Below are positions 1 through 8,724 of a stretch of 64,000 nucleotides of DNA, in pieces. The DNA is from an uncultured Gammaproteobacteria bacterium. GTDB taxonomy: Bacteria > Patescibacteriota > Microgenomatia > Daviesbacterales > UBA10151. A program made the position numbers and the translations under genes. Below the pieces are notes generated by a model. It made no database searches. It was not told the origin of the DNA and saw only the letters and a program-made list of their open reading frames with translations. Location: the NCBI GenBank assembly GCA_964523905.1, contig CAZFYQ010000002.1:2177-66176 (forward strand), in the 5' to 3' direction. The first letter of the stretch is position 1. The number at the start of each line of letters is the position of its first letter.

Positions 1-1
1 T

Positions 2-574
2 TTCGAAGTAGAGGAGCTTAAAACTTTAAGAAAGCTGGGTAGTAGGCTACAAGGGCATCCGCACAGGAGTGCTTTACCAGGTTTGGAAACTACCTCTGGG
101 CCTTTAGGTTGTGGTTTATCTCAGGCTTCTGGTATGGCTTTGGCTTTGAAATTAAATAATCAGCCAAACTGGGTTTATTGTTTAACTTCTGATGGTGAAC
201 ATAATGAGGGTAATACCTGGGAGGCAGTAATGTTTGCCGCCAAATATAAAATTAACAATTTAACCGTAATTATGGATCGTAATAATATTCAAATTGATGG
301 TAATACTGAGGACATTATGCCTTTAGAAAGTGTGAAGGCTAAGTATGAAGCGTTTAACTGGCACGTTTTAGAAATTAATGGCCATAATTTTGAGGAAATT
401 ATTAATGCTTGTGAGGAAGCTAAGGCAATTGAGAATAAACCAGTGCTAATTTTAGCTCATACCATCCCTGGAAAAGGGGTTAGTTTTATGGAAAATAAAT
501 TTCAGTGGCATGGCAAAGCGCCGAATAAAGAAGAAGCAGAGCAAGCTTTGGAGGAATTAAGAAATGCTAAATGA
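2..574 (+). CDS. tkt: Transketolase N-terminal (TPP-binding) subunit, 5'-truncated by window edge
   Basis: The frame is open from position 2 (..LGSRLQGHP..). Motifs TTSGPLGCGLS, SDGEHNEG..WEA (GDG TPP motif) and HTIPGKGVSFMEN..WHG. Confidence 0.93.
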   Translation, partial: FEVEELKTLRKLGSRLQGHPHRSALPGLETTSGPLGCGLSQASGMALALKLNNQPNWVYCLTSDGEHNEGNTWEAVMFAAKYKINNLTVIMDRNNIQIDGNTEDIMPLESVKAKYEAFNWHVLEINGHNFEEIINACEEAKAIENKPVLILAHTIPGKGVSFMENKFQWHGKAPNKEEAEQALEELRNAK

Positions 575-1553
575 TCAAGCAAAGTTAAATCCAAAATTAT
601 TTGATGAGGATATTGAAAAAATTCCTTCCCGGGATGGATTTGGTCAGGGTTTGGTCATTGCAGCAGAGGAAAATGAAAATGTAGTTGGTCTTTGCGCTGA
701 TTTAACTGAATCCACACGGATGGAGGATTTTAAAAAGCAGTTTCCGGAAAGGTATTTTGAAGTAGGAGTAGCTGAACAAAACTTGGTCACAGTGGCCTCT
801 GGTATGGCTGCGGTTGGTAAAATTCCTTTTACTGCCTCATATGCTACTTTTTCACCGGGCCGCAACTGGGAACAAATTCGCACCACCATTTGTTATAACA
901 ACCAGCCAGTGAAGATTGCCGGCTCTCACGCTGGTTTATCAGTGGGACCAGACGGTGCAACACACCAGGCTTTAGAGGATGTGGCGATGATGAGAGCTTT
1001 GCCAAATATGATTGTAATTGTGCCGGTTGACAGTATTGAGGCTAAAAAAGCCACTATTGCCGCCTCTAAAAATGGTAAACCTACTTATATTCGCTTATCT
1101 AGAGAAAAAATGCCGGTTGTTACCACGGAAAATACTCCTTTTGAAATTGGTAAGGCCTATGAGTTAACAGAAGGTAATGATGTTACTGTGATTGCTTGTG
1201 GGCAAATGGTCTATCAGGCGCTGCAAAGTGCTAAACAGTTAAAAGAGCATAATATTAATGTTCGAGTAATAAATTGTTCCACTATTAAACCAATTGACAA
1301 AGAAACCATTCTAAAAGCCGCCGAGGAAACAGGAGCCATAGTAACAGTGGAAGAGCATCAAATAACCGGTGGCTTAGGTGGAGCAGTGGCAGAATTGATT
1401 TCACAGCAGTTTCCAGTGCCTTTAAAAATTATTGGAGTGGAAGATAGCTTTGGAGAATCCGGCAAGCCGGATGAACTGCATAAAAAATTTGGTTTAACTG
1501 CTGAGAATATTACCAAAGCTGTCACTCATGTTTTAAAAATGAAAGGAAAGTAA
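564..1553 (+). CDS. tkt: Transketolase C-terminal subunit (pyrimidine-binding + C-terminal domains)
   Basis: GVAEQNL, GPDGATHQALED and VEEH..GGLG motifs; overlaps the N-subunit gene. Confidence 0.93.
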   Translation: MLNDQAKLNPKLFDEDIEKIPSRDGFGQGLVIAAEENENVVGLCADLTESTRMEDFKKQFPERYFEVGVAEQNLVTVASGMAAVGKIPFTASYATFSPGRNWEQIRTTICYNNQPVKIAGSHAGLSVGPDGATHQALEDVAMMRALPNMIVIVPVDSIEAKKATIAASKNGKPTYIRLSREKMPVVTTENTPFEIGKAYELTEGNDVTVIACGQMVYQALQSAKQLKEHNINVRVINCSTIKPIDKETILKAAEETGAIVTVEEHQITGGLGGAVAELISQQFPVPLKIIGVEDSFGESGKPDELHKKFGLTAENITKAVTHVLKMKGK

Positions 1554-1554
1554 G

Positions 1555-2439
1555 GTGGATTTAAATGTATTTGAGCCGGTTTTTAAAAAACGTCCGGAAA
1601 TTAATCGGGAAATCCTAGAAAAAGATTTAGCAAGATATTATCTTCCTTTTGCCCAGAAATTAATTGATTTAAAAAAGTCCAAAAATAGCAATCAGGGTTT
1701 GATTGTTGGTGTATCTGCTATCCAAGGCGCTGGCAAAACTACCCAGGGGGAAATCATGGAACTTTTAATACAGAATTTGGGATTTTCCTCGGTGTCCTTA
1801 TCAATTGATGATCATTATTTAAGCCATGAGCAGTTAAATGAACTGCGTGAATTTGATCCTAGATATATTAGACGGGGAGTGACTCACGATATTTATTTAG
1901 CAATTGAGAATCTAAAGGCTTTACAAAATATGCAAGATGGTCAAACCGTCAAAGTACCTAGATATGATAAAGGAGCCAATAACGGTGATGGGGATTGGGT
2001 GGGATGGAAAGAAGTTACTAGAAAGCCTGCTTTCATTTTTTATGATGGCTGGATGTTAGGAGCAAAAACAGTGCAGGATGAGTCAATTTTTGAAAGCGGT
2101 TTGCCGGCGCTTGATAGCCCGGAACATATTCAATTTGCTAAAGATATTAATCGGAAATTAACCGAGTATTTACCGCTGTGGGAGCTAATTGATTTTATGA
2201 ATGTATTATATGTGCCAAATTATGAGACTTCTTTAAAGTGGAGGGATCAAGCAGAAGAAGTCTTAAGAACCAAAGGACAAGGAATGAGTAAAGAGCAGAT
2301 TAAAGAATTTGTTTATTACTTTTGGCGCTCAGTGCACCCGGCTATTCAAATTAAAAATTTGGCGCAGGATCCTCAGACTAATCAAGTGGTAGTAATTAAT
2401 GATGATCATAGTATTAAGGAGATAAAAAACCATGTTTGA
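1555..2439 (+). CDS. P-loop kinase, D-glycerate 3-kinase (GLYK/Tda10)-like
   Basis: GVSAIQGAGKTT Walker A, SIDDHYL, RG.THD, PRYDK..G.GD, DGWMLG. Confidence 0.75.
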   Translation: MDLNVFEPVFKKRPEINREILEKDLARYYLPFAQKLIDLKKSKNSNQGLIVGVSAIQGAGKTTQGEIMELLIQNLGFSSVSLSIDDHYLSHEQLNELREFDPRYIRRGVTHDIYLAIENLKALQNMQDGQTVKVPRYDKGANNGDGDWVGWKEVTRKPAFIFYDGWMLGAKTVQDESIFESGLPALDSPEHIQFAKDINRKLTEYLPLWELIDFMNVLYVPNYETSLKWRDQAEEVLRTKGQGMSKEQIKEFVYYFWRSVHPAIQIKNLAQDPQTNQVVVINDDHSIKEIKNHV

Positions 2440-3415
2440 CCTGATCTCTATTGGGGATGTGACAGTTGATAATTACATTCATGTTAAAGATGCGGAGATT
2501 AAGTGTAATTTAGACAAAACTGACTGCAAACTTTGTTTGGAATATGGGCAAAAAATTCCGGTTGATCATTTCTCTCATCAAATTGGGGGTAATGCGGCTA
2601 ATAATGCAGTCGGCTCCTTACGTTTAAAGTTAAAGTCGGCAATTTATGTTAATGTCGGAGATGATGCCACCGGGCTTCAAATTAAATATCAGCTAAAACA
2701 AGACGGATTAGATATCGGCTATGTGGTGGTAAATAAAGGAATGGAGTCAAATCTCTCTACGGTAATTAGTTTTCAAGGAGAGCGGACAATTTTAGTTTAT
2801 CATCAGCCCTGGAAGTATCAGTTACCGGATTTGGATAAAGCTAAATGGGTTTACTTTACATCAGTTGCACCCTCGGTTGTAGATTCTAATTTAATTCCTG
2901 ATTTAATCAGATATTTAGAAAGTTCTGGCAGTAATTTGTTATACAATCCCGGAACTTTTCAGATTAAAACCGGAGTTAAAAAAAATCCCCGTTTACTATC
3001 TTTAACTAAACTGTTTATTGTTAATCTGGAAGAGGCCAAGCTTTGTTTGGGTTATAAAGAGGAAGAAGATATTCCAGTTAAGCAGCTATTAAAAAAGCTG
3101 GCAGATCTTGGTCCACAAATGGTGATTATTACCGATAGTAGTAACGGTTCATTTGGATTTGACGGAGAAAATTACTATAAACTGGGGGTTTTTCCCTCTA
3201 AAATGATTGAAGTCACCGGAGCCGGAGATGCTTATGCCACCGGAGTATTATCAGGACTGTTCCATGGTAAAGATTTAAAAGAGGCCATGAGATGGGGCGG
3301 GGTTAATAGTGCCTCAGTGATTGAATATATTGGTCCACAAAAAGGACTTTTAACATATTCTAAAATGCAGGAGAGATTAAAAGAGCATACAACTATTTTA
3401 GCCAAGGAATTTTAA
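2432..3415 (+). CDS. PfkB/ribokinase-family carbohydrate kinase
   Basis: GGNAANNA and VTGAGDAY PfkB signatures. Confidence 0.9.
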   Translation: MFDLISIGDVTVDNYIHVKDAEIKCNLDKTDCKLCLEYGQKIPVDHFSHQIGGNAANNAVGSLRLKLKSAIYVNVGDDATGLQIKYQLKQDGLDIGYVVVNKGMESNLSTVISFQGERTILVYHQPWKYQLPDLDKAKWVYFTSVAPSVVDSNLIPDLIRYLESSGSNLLYNPGTFQIKTGVKKNPRLLSLTKLFIVNLEEAKLCLGYKEEEDIPVKQLLKKLADLGPQMVIITDSSNGSFGFDGENYYKLGVFPSKMIEVTGAGDAYATGVLSGLFHGKDLKEAMRWGGVNSASVIEYIGPQKGLLTYSKMQERLKEHTTILAKEF

Positions 3416-4995
3416 GTTTTGCTGATGTGACTCAGGGAAAATTTAAAAGTAGCATCGGTTTTCTTATGAGGGTTAAAAATATCTTTTGGATCAAAAATAT
3501 TTTTTACTTGTTTAAATAGCTGATAAACATTTTCTCCGTACACTTTTTCCAAATATGGCCCCCGAATTAAGCCGTCATTGTGCTCAGCTGTTAAAGACCC
3601 TTCAAATTCTAGGACTAAATTAACTACTTTGCCCATTAGTTCCATAATTTTTTCCCTGACCTTATCATTTCTAAAATCTATTAAGGGAATAATATGGAAA
3701 TTTCCCTCCCCAATATGCCCGGCAATGGTATAAAGCATGTATGATTTGTAATTTTCTAAGAGCTTTTTTAATTTGGGTAAAAATACCGGTAGTTTCTCGG
3801 GTCTGACAATAATGTCATCAATAAAAGGAGCTGTTCGCATATCTTTGGAATGAAGTCTTAGCAGATTAAAACTTTCATGACGAACCCGCCAATACTTGTC
3901 CTCAATAGCTTGATCAGTAATTATTTTACTGTGAACATTTAATTGCTTAAGAGCTTCATGGGTTTTCTGACAAAGTTCAGTTACTTCTTGCGGGGAATCT
4001 GCGCTAAACTGGGCCATCAAAACCATGGAGGGTAAAGTACTAGTGAAAATATCTTTAGTGTCAGGTAGAAACTTTATAGCATACTGGATTGTCTCATCAT
4101 CAAAGCACTCAAAAGTTTCTGGTTTAAATTTTAAAACTTCATTTACCACTTGATCTAAATTATCCAAACTGTCTAAATTAATTACCAAAAGGGCAAAATT
4201 AGGTTTTGGCTTAATCAGTTTAAAATTAATTTCAGTGATAATTCCTAAAGTTCCTTGAGAACCGGTGATGAGCTTGGTTAAATCAAAGGTTTGTCCGTCC
4301 CAAACTTCCCATAAAAAGTATCCAGAAGAGTTTTTATGGACCTTGGGTTTGGCTTTTTGGATTAACTGCTGGTTTTCTGAAATCAACTTATAGATGTTTT
4401 TGTAAACCCTACCAAGCAGATTCTCTTGGTTTACTTTTTCCCGCAAAACTTCCGCAGAAACTGGTTCAATTAAATATTCATTGCCATCTGACAGGATAAT
4501 TTTTACTGAGTTAATGTAATTTTTTGTTTGACCATAGGATAAAGTTTTTTCTCCACCAGAGTTGTTGGCAATAATCCCTCCAACAGTGCAGATTTCCCTA
4601 GACGCTGGGTAAGACGGAAATAGCAAGCCTTTTTTTAAAGTTTCTTTTTCAAAATCGCGATAATATACACCAGGTTGAGTAATGGCAAAATCTTTTCCTA
4701 CCTCAATTATCTTATTAAAGTGTTTGGTCATGTCCAGAATAATTGAGTCATTAATGGCTCCCCCGCTCATATCAGTGCCGGCACTGCGGACGGTTAAAGA
4801 AAGTTTTTGATTATTTGAGCTTGATTGAGTAACAAATTTAACCAGGGACTTAATGTCCTCAACATCTTTGGGTGCTACGGCAATTTGTGGTTGGATTTGA
4901 AAAATAGAAGCATCAGTTGAAAATTTGTTTAAAGTTTCTGCATCCTCAGTTACTTCACCTTTGATAATTTTCAGGAGATCGTCTTTAAGGGGCAT
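3412..4995 (-). CDS. FAD-binding oxidoreductase (GlcD/D-lactate dehydrogenase-like)
   Basis: RSAGTDMSGG, CTVGGIIANNSGG, GSQGTLGII, GH..EGNFH, AEHNDG, FDP..IFNP. Confidence 0.9.
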   Translation of the reverse strand: MPLKDDLLKIIKGEVTEDAETLNKFSTDASIFQIQPQIAVAPKDVEDIKSLVKFVTQSSSNNQKLSLTVRSAGTDMSGGAINDSIILDMTKHFNKIIEVGKDFAITQPGVYYRDFEKETLKKGLLFPSYPASREICTVGGIIANNSGGEKTLSYGQTKNYINSVKIILSDGNEYLIEPVSAEVLREKVNQENLLGRVYKNIYKLISENQQLIQKAKPKVHKNSSGYFLWEVWDGQTFDLTKLITGSQGTLGIITEINFKLIKPKPNFALLVINLDSLDNLDQVVNEVLKFKPETFECFDDETIQYAIKFLPDTKDIFTSTLPSMVLMAQFSADSPQEVTELCQKTHEALKQLNVHSKIITDQAIEDKYWRVRHESFNLLRLHSKDMRTAPFIDDIIVRPEKLPVFLPKLKKLLENYKSYMLYTIAGHIGEGNFHIIPLIDFRNDKVREKIMELMGKVVNLVLEFEGSLTAEHNDGLIRGPYLEKVYGENVYQLFKQVKNIFDPKDIFNPHKKTDATFKFSLSHISKT

Positions 4996-5027
4996 GAATT
5001 TATTTTAACATATGTTACATTAGTAAT

Positions 5028-5990
5028 ATGGAGCCGAAAATCTTTGACACCATTATTATTGGAGCAGGGCCAGCTGGGATTGCCGCGGCAATTTATGCAG
5101 TGCGGAAGAACTTAAAAGTGTTAATTTTAACCAAAGATATTGGTGGTCAGGCAGCAATATCTGGAGATATTGAAAACTATCCTGGTTTTAGCTTGATTAC
5201 AGGTAGCGATTTAGCCAAGCAGTTCCGTATGGAACTGATAAATTTTGAAAATAATGGGATCTGGTTAAAAGAAGGGGTGGAGGTAACTGATTTATCCGGA
5301 GCTGATCCGGATCTGGTGGTTAAAACCTCAGACAGTAAGGAATATCATAGTAAAACCGTAATTATTGCCTCTGGCAGGATTCCCCGACTGCTGGGAGTGT
5401 CCGGGGAAAAAGAACTTTTGGGAAAAGGAGTAGCTACTTGTGCTACTTGCGACGCACCATTTTATAAAGATAAAGATGTGGCAGTTGTTGGTGGGGGAAA
5501 TTCAGCTTTGGATGCAGCTTTTTCCCTGATGAAAGTAGCTCGGTCAGTAACGATTGTGAATAATACTGATGTTTTAAGAGGTGATGAGATTTTAATGAAA
5601 AATGTTACTACTTCTCCCAAGGTAAAAATCCTTAATAATCATTCTGTTGTACAAATTCTCGGTAATGAGGCTGTGGGAGGGATTAAAATTAAAGATGCAG
5701 CCAGTGGTCAGGAAGAAGTGTTGACAGTCAGCGGAGTGTTTATTGAAATTGGCTTTAGCCCCTCAACCGGTTTTGACAAGATTACCAATAAAAATAAACA
5801 GGGAGAGATTGAAGTGGATGAATACGGTGCTACTTCGGTGCCGGGTATCTATGCTTGTGGCGATGTTAATGATCTATGGGGAGAGCAAATTGTCATTGCT
5901 GCCGGAGAAGGAGCTAAAACCGCCCTTCGTGTTGCTGAACACATCTCCAAAGTCCCCCACAGCGCATCTTCCAATATCCACGAAGGTTAG
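5028..5990 (+). CDS. trxB: Thioredoxin reductase
   Basis: GAGPAG, CATCD redox motif, GGGNSA, GIYACGD. Confidence 0.9.
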   Translation: MEPKIFDTIIIGAGPAGIAAAIYAVRKNLKVLILTKDIGGQAAISGDIENYPGFSLITGSDLAKQFRMELINFENNGIWLKEGVEVTDLSGADPDLVVKTSDSKEYHSKTVIIASGRIPRLLGVSGEKELLGKGVATCATCDAPFYKDKDVAVVGGGNSALDAAFSLMKVARSVTIVNNTDVLRGDEILMKNVTTSPKVKILNNHSVVQILGNEAVGGIKIKDAASGQEEVLTVSGVFIEIGFSPSTGFDKITNKNKQGEIEVDEYGATSVPGIYACGDVNDLWGEQIVIAAGEGAKTALRVAEHISKVPHSASSNIHEG

Positions 5991-6030
5991 CTCTTGCATT
6001 TTTTTGAAACAAATTCTATGATCCAAAAAT

Positions 6031-6912
6031 ATGACAACAATTGAGACTGTTGACTGGGGACTCGAAGAGGTAGGCAGTAAATTTCCCTATGATGAGCCAA
6101 TGCTAAGAACCACTGGTATCAGATTTCTTGGTAATTTTGCTGCGATTAGTAAGGATACGATCCAACCGGTATATGCACAGGATCGATTTACCGGTGAAAG
6201 TGAATTAATAGCTAATCCAAGGAGATGGACCATGACATTTAAGGCTGGTGAGGAATTAACTGCTGGACATTTTGGAGTGGTTAGAGCGGTAGATGTAGTT
6301 AACTCTGCTATAAGAGCTTCACAATTAATGGCTGAGTCAAAAATCTCTGGGTTAGCACGAAGCATTAGCGAAATAAGCGGTGGCTTTAGTTTAAAAAGGT
6401 TAATTAGGACTGGTGAAACAGCCACAGCTGCGGCATTTAAAACAGATAATGCTTTGGTAGAAGTTGGTGATGAACTAGCTGCAGAAGTCAAAGGAATAGA
6501 GCTGGACTTTGTGGAAGATAAACCAGTTAAGGGGCTGACTGTAGTGCAGCGGAATAATTTAAGGATGGAGCTTTTAGAAGGAGCAGCTCATGGTGGAGTT
6601 GGACTGGCTTTATTTGATTTAGAAAGAAGACAAGCTGAGATCAGAGCTGGTGGTGGTAAGGTTCCAGAAAGAACACCGGTTGTTCTCTATGATGGAATTG
6701 AAGGTCCAATTAGGTGGTATAGGGATGTTTTTCCTGGAGAAACTGTAGAATATTTCGTTACAAAAGTGGATCAGCCCAATCGTCAGATCATGCAGGCAGA
6801 CATTGCAGCTATCATAAAAGATGAATTAGTAATGGAAGCAAGAGGCGCAAAATGTAGAGTAAGGACTCTTGAATCTATTCAAAATGCTCACAGATTTGTT
6901 ACTGGTGTATAA
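6031..6912 (+). CDS. Hypothetical protein, probable tandem FabZ-like hotdog domains
   Basis: FPYDEPML ~ LPHRYPFL; AGHF; second repeat LLEGAAH...GIEGPIRWYRDVFPGE ~ IIEAMAQ...RFRQPVLPGD. Confidence 0.55.
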   Translation: MTTIETVDWGLEEVGSKFPYDEPMLRTTGIRFLGNFAAISKDTIQPVYAQDRFTGESELIANPRRWTMTFKAGEELTAGHFGVVRAVDVVNSAIRASQLMAESKISGLARSISEISGGFSLKRLIRTGETATAAAFKTDNALVEVGDELAAEVKGIELDFVEDKPVKGLTVVQRNNLRMELLEGAAHGGVGLALFDLERRQAEIRAGGGKVPERTPVVLYDGIEGPIRWYRDVFPGETVEYFVTKVDQPNRQIMQADIAAIIKDELVMEARGAKCRVRTLESIQNAHRFVTGV

Positions 6913-7630
6913 CTACTCTTGTTCCAGGGTTATCCGGGGTGGCGCGGACTGAGGTTTGGCCATCTGGGACTACTGGTCCGGCCCAGTTATATAAAGCAGT
7001 GGCATCTGCCAAGGGCTCATTAACACAGCCATGGCTCATGGGATGACCAAAGTTATTATGCCAGTAGGCTCCGTGCAAGGCATAGCCTGAATAAAAGAAT
7101 AAATCATCCGGTACATTCGGTAAATTATAATAAGTTCCCAAAGCCTGGTCTCCTCCGGTCATTCTTAATGATTTAACTTTATACCAAATATTAAAAGTAC
7201 CAACAGGAGTGGGGTGCCAAAGCCCGGAAGAAATAGGGAATTGCATGACAATCTTATTACCCTCCCAGGCTGTTAAAGTTTCCGTTTTTAAAGAAACTTC
7301 AATCCATTTTTCGACGCCAGAGGCAGTGGTAGTTCCTAAAACCGTACTGGCATTAGGTGTAGCATCTGCCAGAGCTTGAGAGTTCTGGTACTGATATGAC
7401 AAAGAGGTTTTGGGATAATCAATTACCTGGTTATTAAAAATCGCAATTGAGGCAGAATCATCAAATTTGCCATCTGATTTAGCCACCACAGCCGGATCAC
7501 AACAAGAAGTGGTCGGGTCCCCGGAGATATTTAATTTATAGACAATATCACGACGAATGGTTTGGAAATTAAAAGCCAGGAAAGCAAAAACAGCAACTAA
7601 AATGGCAATTGGCAGCAGGCGGGTTAGCAT
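6899..7630 (-). CDS. L,D-transpeptidase (YkuD family), N-terminal membrane anchor
   Basis: ISSG..PTPVG, ALHGAYWHNNFGHPMSHGCVN catalytic motif. Confidence 0.92.
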   Translation of the reverse strand: MLTRLLPIAILVAVFAFLAFNFQTIRRDIVYKLNISGDPTTSCCDPAVVAKSDGKFDDSASIAIFNNQVIDYPKTSLSYQYQNSQALADATPNASTVLGTTTASGVEKWIEVSLKTETLTAWEGNKIVMQFPISSGLWHPTPVGTFNIWYKVKSLRMTGGDQALGTYYNLPNVPDDLFFYSGYALHGAYWHNNFGHPMSHGCVNEPLADATALYNWAGPVVPDGQTSVRATPDNPGTRVVIHQ

Positions 7631-7650
7631 AAATTATGCTCCCGTCAAAG

Positions 7651-7773
7651 CACAATATTATTGTGAGGTAAATGACGAGGGGCCGTCAAGTAGCAGTTTC
7701 ACACCCTCGTCATTCTGAGGGAGAAGGTCTAAATGACCTTCGAGTTAACCGAAGAATCTCTCACGAATGTGAG
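7651..7773. repeat. Palindromic intergenic repeat (GTCATYCTGAG family), left part, with nested hairpins
   Basis: CGTCATTCTGAGG...CCGAAGAATCTCTCACGAATGTGAG matches the 58605 copy. An 11-bp inverted repeat AATGACGAGGG/CCCTCGTCATT, a GAAGGTC/GACCTTC hairpin and a CACAATA-T-TATTGTG palindrome are also present. Confidence 0.7.
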
Positions 7774-7804
7774 TGGAAAGTCTGGTATGATAATTACTCT
7801 CACG

Positions 7805-8719
7805 ATGAAAAAATTGTCTGCTTTTACCTTAATTTTCCTGATTGTCTTAGGTTTTGTATTTGTTAAAAATATTTCCGGAAATATTGATAAACCGCTAATT
7901 ACTCCCCTGATTGCTACGGAGCAGGTCTTAGGAATTAATCAGTGGCTGCCGGATCTGCAAACTGCCTCTAACTCTGCCGGACCGGAAATCACTGCCCAGT
8001 CAGCTTTTTTTATTGATTCTAAAACCGGGGAAGTTTTGTATGAAAAAAATCCACACCTTAGATTACCAATTGCCTCATTAGTTAAAGTAATGACGGTATT
8101 AGTGGCTTTGGAACATAAAAGAATTGATGATAGTTTTGTAGTTTCTCAGCATGATGCAGATATGGAGCCGGATAAAATGCAGTTAATTGCCGGGGAAACA
8201 CTAACTCTAAAAGAACTGCTTTACGGAGTTTTTTTAATTTCCGGCAATGACGCAGCAGAGACAATTGCAGAAGGAACTACCGGAAATCGCCAAGAATTCA
8301 TTCAACTGATGAATGATAAAGCTAAACAACTAGGTATGAAGGATACTTTTTATGCTAACCCCACAGGTTTGGATGAAGACAGCGGCAACTCCTATTCAAG
8401 TGCTTATGATTTGTCTTTACTAACCCGTTATTTAATCCGCAATTTTCCGGAAACTGTGGATATATCTTCAACTGAACACATTATTTTACCAATTACCGAG
8501 ACTCATCAAGATTATGATCTGTATTCCGGGATTAATTTATTAACCACATACCCGGGGGTGGTTGGTTTTAAAACAGGTTATACTCCGGAAGCTGGCTTAA
8601 CCCTGATTAACTTAACCCGCAAAAATGGGCATGAAGTAATTGGAGTAATCTTGGGATCATCAGATCGCCGCGATGAAGCTAGAGAGCTGTTGGATTATAG
8701 TTTTAAAAAATTGAATTAA
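7805..8719 (+). CDS. D-alanyl-D-alanine carboxypeptidase (peptidase S11)
   Basis: ASLVK (SxxK), SGN, KTGYT. The ATG at 7805 (MKKLS + hydrophobic anchor) is preferred over 7733, which lies inside the repeat. Confidence 0.9.
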   Translation: MKKLSAFTLIFLIVLGFVFVKNISGNIDKPLITPLIATEQVLGINQWLPDLQTASNSAGPEITAQSAFFIDSKTGEVLYEKNPHLRLPIASLVKVMTVLVALEHKRIDDSFVVSQHDADMEPDKMQLIAGETLTLKELLYGVFLISGNDAAETIAEGTTGNRQEFIQLMNDKAKQLGMKDTFYANPTGLDEDSGNSYSSAYDLSLLTRYLIRNFPETVDISSTEHIILPITETHQDYDLYSGINLLTTYPGVVGFKTGYTPEAGLTLINLTRKNGHEVIGVILGSSDRRDEARELLDYSFKKLN

Positions 8720-8724
8720 TTACC

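Noticed and set aside
644-889. Short antisense or nested ORFs in the track (this one and similar ones within nrdJ, lon, hppA, secA, galE)
   Set aside because: They are shadows of well-supported genes and carry no motifs of their own.
7672-7866. 64-aa ORF and the 7733 start of the carboxypeptidase
   Set aside because: Both run through the palindromic repeat and are not protein-like.
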